From Aplysia californica (taxonomy: Eukaryota), in NCBI RefSeq assembly GCF_000002075.1, contig NW_004798023.1, positions 318,675-369,684 of the forward strand: a stretch of 51,010 nt of DNA, in the 5' to 3' direction. The stretch's first letter is position 1. The number at the start of each line of letters is the position of its first letter. Shown here piece by piece: positions 21,601 to 32,351 of the stretch. The notes beneath the pieces were generated by a model that was given only the letters and a program-made list of their open reading frames with translations, was not told where the DNA came from and made no database searches. The translations under genes were made by a program, and so were the position numbers.

Positions 21601-24480
21601 GTGCTCTACAAGTAGAGAAAATATTAAGTTTGCGCAAAACAGATTTTAGGAAAAAAAAGTTGGATCTAATTATTCTAATACAAGTAAAAGTGATTGTTAT
21701 GCTGAGATTTGTTATTATTGACTCTGGAAATACAGTTACTTGCTGAATCTAAAAGTAACTAGAACTGTGCAATTCGTTTTATTTCAATTCCAAAGCCCAA
21801 CGGCATAGCAATAATAAGTTAGATCTAGATCTAGCAGTTGTAGGCTCTCTGGCTACTTCTAGCATAGGCCTGCTACTACTGATTCTAGACAGGGAATCTA
21901 GATCTTGCTATCGCCTGCGCTATTAAAGTCAAATATATGGTAAAATAAAAACAAAACTGAATTTTTTGTCAGTCAGTAGGCTACATCCCAATTGCCATAG
22001 CCGCACGTATTAATAGTTGAATAATGCGATACCGAAGCAACACGTTATCACAGTGTGCAGGGGAGAGCGAGGTGCCCGGTCGATTCGGTGGTTCGGCTTT
22101 CGTAGATCTATGCATTTTTTACGGAAAGCCCTATTACCTGGCCTATTACTAGATCTATTAGTGTTGTGAAAACTTCAACCTCTACAGCTCAGGCGTCAAA
22201 AGATGCTGGAAAATAATAATACGTCCTGAAGTTTCATAATTTATTTTTATACAGAATAACACAGTACACAGCCAGTAGTTTTTATTTCATCGAGTTATAA
22301 AAATGGCCTTCGTATAAAAATTGCCTTGTTTTCAGAAGCAAATTTTAATAGTTCTAGTTCTACCGAATCGATTTTCAGGCGAATTCAACCATTTTGATGA
22401 TCTTTGTTTTCCTTTTAAAAAGATGTAGATCTAGGCCTGTCGGATGTGGCAGTGTGATTAACACTGAGTTGTTTAGATCTAGATCTAGACCCATCAAAAC
22501 ACGAGGCTTCGTGGCCGATCACAAGTCTACGGGGCTTATCGAGGCCGATTTGCCCTGCTGCGAGCACGTTCACTAAACTGCCTATAGATAGAATCTACTA
22601 CCAAATATTCTCTACACGATCTTTGCTACTACTACTACTAGGCCTACTAGCCTACATGTACGAGAGAGTGCCACCCAGGCAAAGATAGTGTAACTTTGAC
22701 TCAGCCACGTTGTGTACACTCTTTTTATACCCCAAATTTAACCCGGAAGTCCATTCAGAGGATTTGACCTTTTCACTTGACCAAAGTGTGCCAAAATGGT
22801 AGCCTAGCTTTTGCCCCTCCAAGAAGGAAAAATCTGGCCCTCATTCAAACCATTAGGAGTGAGCAAAATTTTGCGTATTGTGCTTTGTTCTTTACAATAT
22901 TCATTATGGTTATGATTTACAAGTTGTACACTGAGGCAAAACTGTACTAAATGAGAAAGGTGCACCATTATGAAAGTGGAACGAACTCAGTTGCCTGAAA
23001 AAGGTAGTTTGAGTATGTGTGGCCTAAATAAGCTAAACCCCCCTCCCTTACCTTATTTAGGCCACAGTCCACTGTGGCCTAAATAAGCTAAACCCCCCTC
23101 CCTTACCTTATTTAGGCCATATGTGGCCTAAATAAGCACTCCCAAACCTTATTCTTGAAATACATTCAAGTAAGTTCCGGTTTGAGTGCTCGTTAATAGA
23201 TTTTAAAATTGGATTTAACCTTGTTGTTTCATTTAGGATTCACATCTTTGAATAAGAATTACTGGGCATAGGAACAGTATAGTGCTTTGTCTGTGCTACT
23301 AATAGATTATAGCCTTTTGTCGCCGCTTTCGAATGATATGCAGAACTCTATTTTTAGGAAAATGTGACTTAACCTTGTTATTGTTCTCAAGTCTTCAAAT
23401 ATTTTTATGAGAAACTCCTTTGCCCTTTCAGACCGATATTAATATTTAAAAAATAGCTCACTACTGTTCTAGCTGCTGCTTTTTCCCTGTTCAGGAGGGT
23501 ACATCCCCTATCTAATGTTTGATGTTGTTGTTGTTGTTAGCGATCCAGTAGCATCTGAGCGTTAACTCTTCTGCATGATGCCATTCGGTAATAGTTGCAT
23601 GTTTGTTCTAATTGTTGTCTTGAGGAGTAGAGGCAATTAGATGTGTGGGGTAGCTTGGGAAGAAAACATCTCCTTAAATAAATATGACTGGTGTTTTTTT
23701 GGGGTACACCTGACCCACAAGTAGTCTCTGACTGATAGTGGGAGCACTGTAAGACCGAGATCCTGAATAACAATAGAACTGGTTCTGCTTTGGTCAGATA
23801 TAGTCGAACTTGCTCTAACGACCCCCAGTCCAAGAGAATTACCTGAACAAACCACCACTTCCTACCCCCCCCCCCTCGCCCCCAACACACACCTACCTTG
23901 CATTTTTCTATACTATAATGGCACTGTCCAAGAGTACCACTTATTTAATATGATTTTTTTCTCAACAATGGGAGGTCATCCTGGACAAGTTCGACAGCAT
24001 CTGACTGTATAACGTTTCATTTTAGTTCATAAATGAAACAAGCAATAAGCATCATTTATCAACATTTTTTTTTGCTTCATTTGTTTCAGTTCAGCAAAAA
24101 TGTACCTGTGTCAAAACTGAAAGTAGGGCCTGTAATATTCTGAAATGGCTGCGGAAAATCTTGTGGTGGATGTACACGTAGGCCTACAATTCGTCGCCTC
24201 AGAACTATTTTGTCCAAAGTGTACTTCAAGTAAAGAGGCACTTTGGACAAAATAGTTCTGAGGTGACGAAATCTTTGATACAAAATCTGTAGCCCCCACC
24301 CTAAATTTTTATGGGTTTGTCACGTAAACAAAATGTTTGTGTTTGATGTTTCAGATCGACATGGTTCAGATCAAAGAGTGTTTCCTCAAGCTGACCAAAA
24401 AGACCCTGTGGCGATGGCTCAAGGAAGATTGCAGCTTTAACTTCAAGCATCTCCTGCAGGCCATTGTTGGCAAGAACTGA
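3657..24480 (+). CDS. Annexin (ANXA7/A11-like, long N-terminal low-complexity head), 16 coding exons, 556 aa
   Basis: Coding exons 3657-3668, 5005-5131, 5759-5853, 6888-6986, 7383-7412, 8746-8823, 10071-10326, 11111-11205, 11918-12031, 12972-13062, 14267-14367, 15656-15737, 16679-16854, 17127-17202, 19393-19505, 24355-24480. All introns are GT-AG and phases join into one 1671-nt ORF. Four annexin repeats: [56 protein letters not shown]. Confidence 0.93.
3901..4275. mobile_element. piggyBac-like MITE
   Basis: TIR CCCCTTTGTGAC / GTCACGAAGGGG, flanked by TTAT / TTAA. Confidence 0.55.
5005..5131 (+). CDS. Annexin exon, P/Y/G-rich N-terminus ([27 protein letters not shown]...)
   Basis: CCCTCAG acceptor, A|GTAGGA donor, phase 0 to 1. 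Confidence 0.85.
5759..5853 (+). CDS. Annexin exon ([32 protein letters not shown])
   Basis: ATCCAG acceptor, CAG|GTGAGA donor, phase 1 to 0. Confidence 0.88.
6672..6850 (+). mobile_element. 5'-truncated copy of a second SINE family
   Basis: Same sequence as 36622-36790 and 43345-43545; tail TATGACCTTATGCAGTTGCGAGCGCCGTAAAAC + A-rich end. Confidence 0.75.
6888..6986 (+). CDS. Annexin exon ([33 protein letters not shown])
   Basis: GATCAG acceptor, GAG|GTAGGT donor, 99 nt, phase 0-0. Confidence 0.85.
7383..7412 (+). CDS. Annexin 30-nt microexon ([10 protein letters not shown])
   Basis: TTATTTGCAG acceptor, CAG|GTTAGT donor, phase 0-0. Confidence 0.75.
7452..7773. mobile_element. piggyBac-like MITE
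   Basis: TTAA|CCCTTTGAGCCCT ... AGGGCTCAAAGAG|TTAA. Confidence 0.7.
8746..8823 (+). CDS. Annexin exon ([26 protein letters not shown])
   Basis: TTTTCGCAG acceptor, GTG|GTAAGT donor, 78 nt, phase 0-0. Confidence 0.85.
9170..9400 (+). mobile_element. RTE-clade LINE 3' end
   Basis: [39 protein letters not shown], then a (GAT)n tail. Confidence 0.85.
10071..10326 (+). CDS. Annexin exon: end of head and start of repeat I (...GTVKP...[17 protein letters not shown])
   Basis: TTGAACAG acceptor, G|GTAAGT donor; annexin repeat-I helix A motif. Confidence 0.93.
11111..11205 (+). CDS. Annexin exon, repeat I ([32 protein letters not shown])
   Basis: CTTCCAG acceptor, GTAAGT donor. Confidence 0.95.
11918..12031 (+). 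CDS. Annexin exon, repeat I/II ([38 protein letters not shown])
   Basis: CCTTCAG acceptor, GTGAGT donor. Confidence 0.95.
12972..13062 (+). CDS. Annexin exon, repeat II ([30 protein letters not shown])
   Basis: TCTCTAG acceptor, G|GTAAGT donor. Confidence 0.95.
14267..14367 (+). CDS. Annexin exon, repeat II ([34 protein letters not shown])
   Basis: TTTCCAG acceptor, GTCAGT donor. Confidence 0.93.
15656..15737 (+). CDS. Annexin exon, extended II/III linker ([27 protein letters not shown])
   Basis: GTTCTAG acceptor, G|GTGCGT donor; needed to bridge phase 0 to phase 1 between the flanking exons. Confidence 0.88.
16185..16507 (+). mobile_element. RTE-like LINE 3' end
   Basis: [23 protein letters not shown], then a (TAAAAG)n-like tail. 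Confidence 0.75.
16679..16854 (+). CDS. Annexin exon, repeat III (..[44 protein letters not shown])
   Basis: CCCACAG acceptor, AAG|GTGAGT donor. Confidence 0.95.
17127..17202 (+). CDS. Annexin exon, repeat III ([25 protein letters not shown])
   Basis: CCTGCAG acceptor, G|GTAAAT donor. Confidence 0.94.
18294..19081 (+). mobile_element. Tigger/pogo-like DNA transposon, internally deleted
   Basis: TA|CAGTGGAAACC..ATAACAGG and CCTGTTATATCAGGTTTCCACTG|TA. Internal frame [58 protein letters not shown] is a Psq-HTH plus the start of a CENP-B HTH; no DDE domain. Confidence 0.9.
19393..19505 (+). CDS. Annexin exon, repeat IV ([38 protein letters not shown])
   Basis: CATCAG acceptor, GAG|GTAAGT donor. 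Confidence 0.95.
19608..23143. mobile_element. Non-autonomous Mutator-like (MULE) element, ~3.5 kb
   Basis: Perfect 9-bp TSD AAACCTTAT at 19599-19607 and 23144-23152; GGG...CCC ends; TIRs built from the near-palindrome CTTATTTAGGCCACATATGGCCTAAATAAG. Confidence 0.82.
20300..21190. repeat. Foldback structure: two inverted arrays of ~55-65-bp units with a GACCCCGGGGTC core
   Basis: Left arm ~20300-20815 and right arm ~20820-21190 are reverse complements (e.g. 20335-20415 vs 21107-21187). Confidence 0.9.
23801..23997. mobile_element. Tc1/mariner-type MITE; related fragments at 6367-6530 and 7137-7215
   Basis: Ends TAGTCGAACTTGCTC / GGACAAGTTCGACAG; shared TGTCCAAGATAA(T/C)CAC-like motifs. Confidence 0.6.
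24189..24272. repeat. Near-perfect ~32-bp-stem hairpin
   Basis: TTCGTCGCCTCAGAACTATTTTGTCCAAAGTG, 17-nt loop, CACTTTGGACAAAATAGTTCTGAGGTGACGAA. Confidence 0.85.
24355..24480 (+). CDS. Annexin last coding exon ([41 protein letters not shown])
   Basis: TTTCAG acceptor, TGA at 24478-24480. Confidence 0.94.
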   Translation: MDMVQIKECFLKLTKKTLWRWLKEDCSFNFKHLLQAIVGKN

Positions 24481-26129
24481 AAATGATGAAAAACACCATA
24501 GACTATAGCGTAGTGTAACTGTTATGCTTGTTCTGCGCTAAATTCACAAAGCTCTCTTTTTTTATGTCTTATGCCAATCCCGGGGGGGGGGGGGGGGGGG
24601 GGGGAGAGACAGGGAGCAAATGGTTGGGTTCTCTTGTCAAAATTTTGATATTTTCCTCATTTTTTGTGTGTGATCACCATACTAACACTTAAAAAAACAA
24701 ACACTGCTTTGTTGAAGAAAATTAAACATTGAAATATTAATTAAAGATTGTTGTAGAAAGTTTTTAACTTGGTTGTGTGGTTCAGGATAGCATATTCCAT
24801 AGTGACCAGAAGGAATGGCTTGTCAGGGATTGGTCGAAGAGATTACATCACACTTTAATGTATGTGTAGAGACAGACACGTATGGTATATTTGTGCCGAC
24901 CACAGACAGTGTCTGCTCCAAATATTACTCATTATTCATTTAATCTTTAGAAATTGCTCCAAAATCATATAATGTATAACCACAATGCTTATTCTTAAAT
25001 AGGAGAAAAAAAAAGGGGATACATTCTTTTACTTTACTTTCACTTTTTTTACTGCTTTTTCTGACTTGTCACTATCTCTGAGTCGCCATGAAACATGGGT
25101 TACTATTTTCCAGTGAATGATGCAATTGAGCAACAAAGCAAGTTCATTATGTTCTATGTTGCCAAAAAGGAATATTTGTGACGATCAGATATCATAAAAG
25201 TATTAACATGTCACCGCTGCTGTTGAAGTTAAAGTTGTGTCTAGAAAAGTTCTTACTTGATTTCAATGTTTGTTTCTTCTCAATACATATAATCTCAGGC
25301 CACAAAAGATTTTTTTCTTCTTTACTACATTTGGAAAAATCACTTTAATTTTATACATGGTAATCTTTTCTGATTCAACCATTGCTGTACAATATTTATT
25401 GATTGATTGTTAGGGGTTGATTTATTTTGGTCCGTTTTGGGGGGAGAATTTTGCTAATGAAATATCATTTTAAATTGCACTTTACAGATTACTGCTTCTT
25501 TTCACTGCTGATATTATTTGTAACGATATTTTTTGTTTGCTATAATGCACACTTTGTTCCTTCAATACACTCTTGATGTGCAATTGTCAAACTTTGCATA
25601 CTGGTACTACAACTTACAATACGCTGTTATTATGAGAACAAGGGCATAATTTCACAATTGGAAAGATGATTGGTATTATATTGTAAAAAGAAAAACATAG
25701 ACGCATTAAAAATTCTTTTTATTATTAAAGCAAAAATCTAGAACAAAAAGTAAAGACCTGTTCTAGGCAGGCGTTTCTGAATGTGAAGATTTAAATATTC
25801 ACATCCATCAAAAGCTACATGCATTCAAACAAGTTTGGTTCTGGTAAATATTAGCACTCCTGTAGTAGTTTTTCGAATTGATTGTTGTAATGATTTATTT
25901 GAATATATACGTACGTATACTTAGTTTTATGTCAACACCCTTCACATTTTATGTGAAAAGTTTTTTCCCCCTCTTTGTACAAACACCTCTTTATTAACTT
26001 TAACTCTAAAGCTGTCAGTGTAGTCGGTATATTCTTACAAGTCTTACAGGGCTTTCCTTTAGAGCTCCTTTTCAACCCTTTTTATCACTGCTGAGCACTC
26101 TTATACTTTTTTTCTTCTGTTTTATTTTG

Positions 26130-26135
26130 AATAAA
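26130..26135 (+). terminator. Candidate annexin polyadenylation signal
   Basis: AATAAA ~1.65 kb after the stop codon, followed by T/GT-rich sequence. Confidence 0.4.
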
Positions 26136-27539
26136 ATTCTGTTGATTATTTTGTTTTATAAATGAGATCACACCATGTTACCATTGCCAAGTTTTTCAAT
26201 GTACCGGTAGTACTTTTGTACTGTACTTTTCTAGTTGTATTTCAGCTGAATACTTATTTGCATTTTTCTTTGATGTTATTATATTTAGAGGTCAACTGAA
26301 TGGCAGAGGTCTCTGATCTTATTCTTAGAAAAGTGAAAGAAGAAAAGAAAGAGGATAAAAATACAGAAGTTTGGATCTGGATCAAGTTAAACCCTTCATT
26401 CCAAAAAGTGCTCAATAATCCCACCAATTGGTCTGAGACAGCCTCAGGGCTAGGGCACACCATCATTAGATAAGATGGTATAATATTGGGCTCTGGTACA
26501 GCTGACCTTTGATCAAATAAAGACTAATAAAGAAAGACGGAAAGAAGGCAAAGAGGAAAACGTGCAGAAAACATCATGCTTGGACATCTGAGCATTGACA
26601 TTCTGGTGTGGTATTAGAAGGGTTACATTTTCTTGCTGGGGTTTGGAGAAGGAGAGAGATAACAGACAGGAAACTTATGAAAAGATACAAAGATGGTCGT
26701 TAAATAAACTAAGAAGTTACTAAGATTATTTTCCAGAGTACAGTTGTAAGAATAATACAATAGTGCTGAAGAGGAAATCGATATTATATATNNNNNNNNN
26801 NNNNNNNNNNNNNNNNNNNNNNNNNNNNNNNNNNNNNNNNNNNNNNNNNNNNNNNNNNNNNNNNNNNNNNNNNNNNNNNNNNNNNNNNNNNATATATATA
26901 ACTCTTCACAAGTAGAGACAAACAGCAGTCCCCAAAGCTAAAAAAACGAAAGATACCGAACCCATTTATTAAAAAAGTTATATTATGGTACAATGGGATA
27001 CAATATTTGTGTTTTTCTTTCTTGCTGAACTGTCAAGGATTTTAAAATCATCCTATCTAGGTTTTTGGCAATATGTTGATTACTGGATGTATACCCATTA
27101 TATGTTAGCAAATAATAAACATTTATAAAAACAAACCTTTGCTTTTATTCATTTCCTATTAAAAACTTATCAAGAAGTTGTACATACGAAACGTTTAAAA
27201 AGGAAAAACCTTTATCTATGGTATTTTTTGCCTTGAGTGTGACAGATATCACTTCAGTTCCTTTGGGAGGATATTTTACGGAATGTCTCCATCATTCTGA
27301 TGAGTTCTGACATATAAACACATAGTGTGGTTGGCTCTGAAAGGCAGGGCTTAGGCAGCTTGTCTACTTATCGATCTTAAATGCGTCAATAATTGAAAGG
27401 AAAAAAAAAAAGCCCAATGCAACAAACCTGTTAAAAAAATGTTTTGGCGTATTATTACACAGCATCTATTTAAACACTACACAAAGTGGGATTTGAATAG
27501 AAATCAAATTGAGACTACCAGAAAATTGAGGTAAAAGTA

Positions 27540-27710
27540 GGAATAAATGAAGAAAGTCGAGATGAAAGCAGACGATAAAACAGGACTAGAGAACAGGAAG
27601 AAAGTAGGTGAAAGGAGCGAGAAAAATTATTTTTCCCGTAGCTTTCAGGTTTCAAACCCGGGACAATCTGAATGTGAAGCGAACATCACACCTCTAGACC
27701 ACGAGAGCCC
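27540..27710 (-). mobile_element. 5' fragment of the tRNA-derived SINE
   Basis: Similar to 3350-3514 and 33850-34026. Confidence 0.6.
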
Positions 27711-28640
27711 AAAGTATATCAACTCAAGGGCAGCTGGATTAACAGCAACATCAAAAGAAAATTAAAGAGAAACAAAGACAAAAAGAAAATATCATTAAAC
27801 TTTTATTTTCATGTCCAGTCACCTTATAGACGGAGGGATAACAAGAAAGGCATTTACATCATTTTATTGTCTTGATCATGCCCAACCCTCTTATTTTCAT
27901 ATATTGAAAGAGACAAACTGTCCCAACATACAAAGAGTTCACTTCAGTTCATAACTATGCCACAAGAGCGCAAACCTAGTTGTTGCTAGATCAGATCAGT
28001 AACAGTCGACAACATTTGCAACAGTAACTATTCATTAACAAGAATGAGTCTCCGTACACAAACTCTCCATCACGAGACATCATTATCATACTGAACTTTC
28101 ATGTTAAAATTCCTCCTCTTTTTCTCTCTTCTTGTCATCTCTACCAGGAGATATAATTGAACACAAAAATTATCATATTATTATATATTCATTATCTCCT
28201 CTCCCTTCCTCTCTATCTCTCTTGAGTCAACATATTCACAACACTGGTGTATTGATTCTCTCTCTCTCCCTTTCTTGAAGATGGGAAGACTATGTACAGC
28301 TTCCCCCCCCNNNNNNNNNNNNNNNNNNNNNNNNNNNNNNNNNNNNNNNNNNNNNNNNNNNNNNNNNNNNNNNNNNNNNNNNNNNNNNNNNNNNNNNNNN
28401 NNNNNNNNNNCATTCACAACTTATTTGTGCAATCACACCGCACATTCTTAATGCAGACAAATAGCTTGCTATAACCTCTCACTGTATCACAGAAAAGTTC
28501 TCAGTCAAAACCTCGAAAAAAACAAAATAATATTAAAATAATAAAACAAGCTCTCAACTCTCATGTGATGCCAACATCTCACTGTTCATAATATATATAC
28601 ACTCATGCAAACACAGCGTTCAACAAATCAGACTCACACG

Positions 28641-28801
28641 TCATAATAACAAACTTTCAACCGATCGTTTTTCGTCAGGGGTCAGAGGATCAAGGTCAAA
28701 CCCTTTTAGATCCTCTTTTTTCTCAAGGTCACGCAGTTTGTTCACTTTTGGTCTGAGGCCTGATCTCACTTTGTTGATCTCAGCGTCCAGCTCGTCATAA
28801 T
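28641..28801 (-). CDS. PDRG1: PDRG1 coding exon 3
   Basis: CCTCGTAG acceptor; ends in TGA at 28643-28641. Confidence 0.94.
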
Positions 28802-31142
28802 CTACGAGGGGCAAAAACAAACCAACTTGAGTTGTAGATAAAAGGCAGTCAGTTACATATCAGCCACGTATGGCCAGCAACAGAACAGGAAAATAGTCAC
28901 ACAGGAAAAAGGTACATGAAGCAGACCCCACTGGCAAATCATCCATTACATCAACAAGCCTATCCAGCATTCCGAGACGTAGATTCAAATATAATATACC
29001 TAATACCGGGTAACATTGGAATCAAGAAAAGGCAGCCATCCTATCAAGAGTGGTTTAAGGCCCCTGGTTTAAGGCTCCTATCAAGAGTGGTTTAAGGCTC
29101 CTATCAAGAGTAAAAGGGACAGGACCTACGAAACATAAAGTCCCTCTCCAGTAGGATCAAGTGAAGTGAGTTGATAGCCTTGATAACTCTTCAAACAAAC
29201 AAAGTTAGCCAGATCTGCACCATAGTTTGGCATGACACTGACTCAGCTTACCACCCATCTTCAATACAGAGAGCAAGAATTCCTGATGGTAAAGATAATA
29301 TCTGAAGTTCAATAGCAGAGACAGCATCAACATCCTCCCCACGGAAAACTCTGAAACACCAGCATGCCTCAAAATGAAACATTAAATGATTAGCCACCAT
29401 ATCATGTCCACCACCTTTTAAAGTGGGAGGGACTCTCAGTGCTATAAGAAATGATGTCTCAAAAAATAAATGAAAGACTTGTCTGCAAAGCATGGGGAGA
29501 TCTGTTTACTTTGCTAAGCACACACATCAGACATGGAGAAGCAGGTTCCTAGAATTAGAAAACAGTCAGTAAAAAAAGTTTTCGTATCATAAGTTTAAAA
29601 AAAATAAACAGAGAAAACAGAAACATGATATTTAAAGTTTCTGTGATCGACAGTTTTTTTTTTTTTTTTTTAGGATCACTAATTATACTAGTTTTCAATG
29701 ATTACCAGTAAAGTCTCAAACAGGTAAAAATTTTCCAAAGACAAAGTCCATAAGCAGACCTTTTGTTTTAAAGGATCAAGCCTGGTCCTATGAAGTTAAC
29801 AAGCAATCAGCCACTTGCAGTTTGACACATCTCCCTTCTGATAAGATGATGCGACATCTTACACATTACCAGACGTTGACTCACCTTTGGTCAAAGTGCT
29901 GATGGCTTTGCTCTTCTCCACCTTGAGAAACATGTTGCCAGCACACAACCACGTCTTGTCTCTATGCTTGTCTTTCTGCAGCGCCCTGCAATAGAACACA
30001 AGAACAAGAGATCTGTCAGTCAAAAAGCAATACTAAGGAGATTACTAAAATGCGAAAAGAGGTAGATTGGATTGAACAATCAAAATATCAAACTGAAATC
30101 TCATCTTCATTCTCCTACACTCTTCCTCCTCTTCTATCTCTTTTATGGAGTGACGTAAATCAATATGAACAGACATTTAAAGAGAGTTAAAAACAAAGAT
30201 CACAGCAACAAGATCAGTCCAAATCAAAACATCGTGTAATGATGACTAGCGACGGGGCACATCACTTACCTAGGTTTAGACAGTATTTATGGTTAAAAGA
30301 CACTTGTTAGACGGAACAAAACTACCCACGGATCTTTACTTTTAATGAGAGCCGCAAGCAGAGACTGCTAGCCAGTTAAGTTATTAATAATAATTATGTG
30401 AAGTTGACCTTTAACTGAGAAAATCCAGATCAGAGAGAGAAGTTCAAGGCAGAAATAAGGTGGCCTCCAAAGACAAGCCACGCCTACAGGGAAAACTGGT
30501 CTGAAATGACAGGCAGTTGAATGCCAGAGTGAACTACAGTACAGCCTGAAATAGTACGGGTTCAAAACCCCCTTTAACACTGTGTAAGGTTAATCGTCAT
30601 ACGTTTAGGAAAAAGAAAAGTACTGCTATCTGCGACGAGTTATGTCGTTTAGGATCATGAAAAGTTGCAAACTATTATTTCCTTCACTTTCCTCTCTTTA
30701 CTATGGTAGTTACCCCAATAGCAGAGTTCATCCCTGGATGTTGAAGTCATCATCACATCACGACGGACAAACTATAATTTGTATAAAATATCATTTATGA
30801 GACAAGACCTCTAATTTTAATTATATGCTTGGTGGAACTGAGTCAAACCAGCAGAGACCCTCGAAAACCCACAAAACAAGCAAAGGCCAAATGACAGGTC
30901 AACATCTAAAAGTTTCAGCTGTCCTAAAAAAAATTCACACTTTCCATCACAGGTATCTGAACAAAAGTTAATTATTCTAATAGCTCAAACCTGACTGCCT
31001 CTCTTGTTTTATTTCGTTGTCGATCCAAATCAATAATTTCACGGCGACTGGAGAGGACATCTTCTGCAACCATTTCGATTTCTGTGAGATATTTCAACAA
31101 ATCTGAAGCTTCAATTGATGAAAGACCTTCCTCTGCATCCAT
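28641..31142 (-). CDS. PDRG1: p53 and DNA damage-regulated protein 1 (prefoldin-like, PAQosome/URI module subunit), 3 coding exons, 137 aa
   Basis: Exons 31142-30991, 29985-29885, 28801-28641, GT-AG and in phase: MDAEEGLSSIEASDLLKYLTEIEMVAEDVLSSRREIIDLDRQRNKTREAVRALQKDKHRDKTWLCAGNMFLKVEKSKAISTLTKDYDELDAEINKVRSGLRPKVNKLRDLEKKEDLKGFDLDPLTPDEKRSVESLLL. Matches PDRG1 hallmarks (E..AE.VL....IVDLD..RN..RE; C.GNMF.K; KGF.L.PL). In-frame stop upstream at 31181-31179. Confidence 0.95.
29885..29985 (-). CDS. PDRG1: PDRG1 coding exon 2
   Basis: TTGCAG acceptor, G|GTGAGT donor; TWLCAGNMFLK. Confidence 0.94.
30991..31142 (-). CDS. PDRG1: PDRG1 coding exon 1
   Basis: ATG at 31142; donor AG|GTTTGA, phase 2. 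Confidence 0.92.
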
Positions 31143-32106
31143 TCTTCTTTTGGTTTTGTGATGGAAGAAGTGAATTTGTCAGAAGTTGCAGCAAACTGTG
31201 GACAATACCATACGAACAATCAATATTTAGAAAACTTGAGAATAAACAAAGCAAATCAAAAGTCCAAGTGGCTTTTCCTGATGAGAGGGAAAAAAAAGCT
31301 CATCAATGCAATAATACCTGACCACCTTTCTCACTATCCTTGTTGAAAAAGCATTAAGAAACCCAACACAAAACTGAAAAGACGAACAAACCGAGACACT
31401 GACTTTGAACCCCAGACCCTCTCTCATTATCCTTGATGAAAAAACATTAGATCCCAACAAAAAACAATAAAAACCCAGACTCTGAAGCTGAACCCAGAGA
31501 CCTATCTTTCCACTTTTCACATGCACAGGTCTTGCAACATTTGGTAAAACCCACACATCATTCATTGTATGGTACACGAAAACTTAGCCAGACAAATCTT
31601 GAACTGTGATCCCAGCACCAAATCCACTCTCATCATTACCTTGTGTGTAAGTTAAGTGCACGTGTTCCAACAATGGGACTAAAGTGTGTCATGAAAATGT
31701 TTTCACCATTTGACTTTGTAGAGAGCTCCGACACGATGATTTACAATCAGCAGCATTGGTGTCATCTCACCTAGATATTGAAAACAGAGTTCAATTTTAG
31801 GAAAATGTCTCCTATGCAAGAGTGTTGATTGAATTTTAAAGCACAAGGATCTTTTCCCAATCATTCTTGAAGCTCAGGTTGTTGAGTCGGTAACTGCCAG
31901 TCCAGAAGATAACTTGTCAAGACTACACTTGTGCTGCTAGGTCACTTGGTGTGGTTCACACACTTCAAACTGAATGACTATGTGATTAACGTCCACTAAG
32001 GAATGTCCTGTTGTTGACTACATCATCTGACATTACTCACTTACTTTCTGGGAAATGTTTTACTTTCAAAGAAATTACTAACTGTCCCATACATAAAATA
32101 TAATAT

Positions 32107-32351
32107 CTCTCTCTCTCTCTTGCCCTTTTAAACTCCCAGTGGAGCATATAGGCCATCAACAACATTACTCCAGCGAAGCCTGTCCTGTGCATCCTTTTCT
32201 ATGTGTTTCCATGATGTCCCCGCTTTTTCAATTTCCACTTGTACCGCTTGCCTCCATGTCATCTTTGGTCTTCCCTTTTTACGTTTTCCTTGTGGGTTCC
32301 ACGTAAAAGCCTGCCTGATGATGCTTGTTGGGGGTCTCCTCAGGGTGTGTC
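32107..32351 (-). mobile_element. RTE-clade LINE 3' end
   Basis: HTLRRPPTSIIRQAFTWNPQGKRKKGRPKMTWRQ..AQDRLRWSNVVDGLYAP, then a (GA)n tail. Confidence 0.85.

Noticed and set aside
28850-29140. Possible Penelope GIY-YIG remnant with a short ~20-bp tandem repeat in a PDRG1 intron
   Set aside because: Too degenerate to support by eye.
31227-31577. 116-aa - strand ORF upstream of PDRG1
   Set aside because: Non-ATG start, no family resemblance, and not in frame-continuity with PDRG1.
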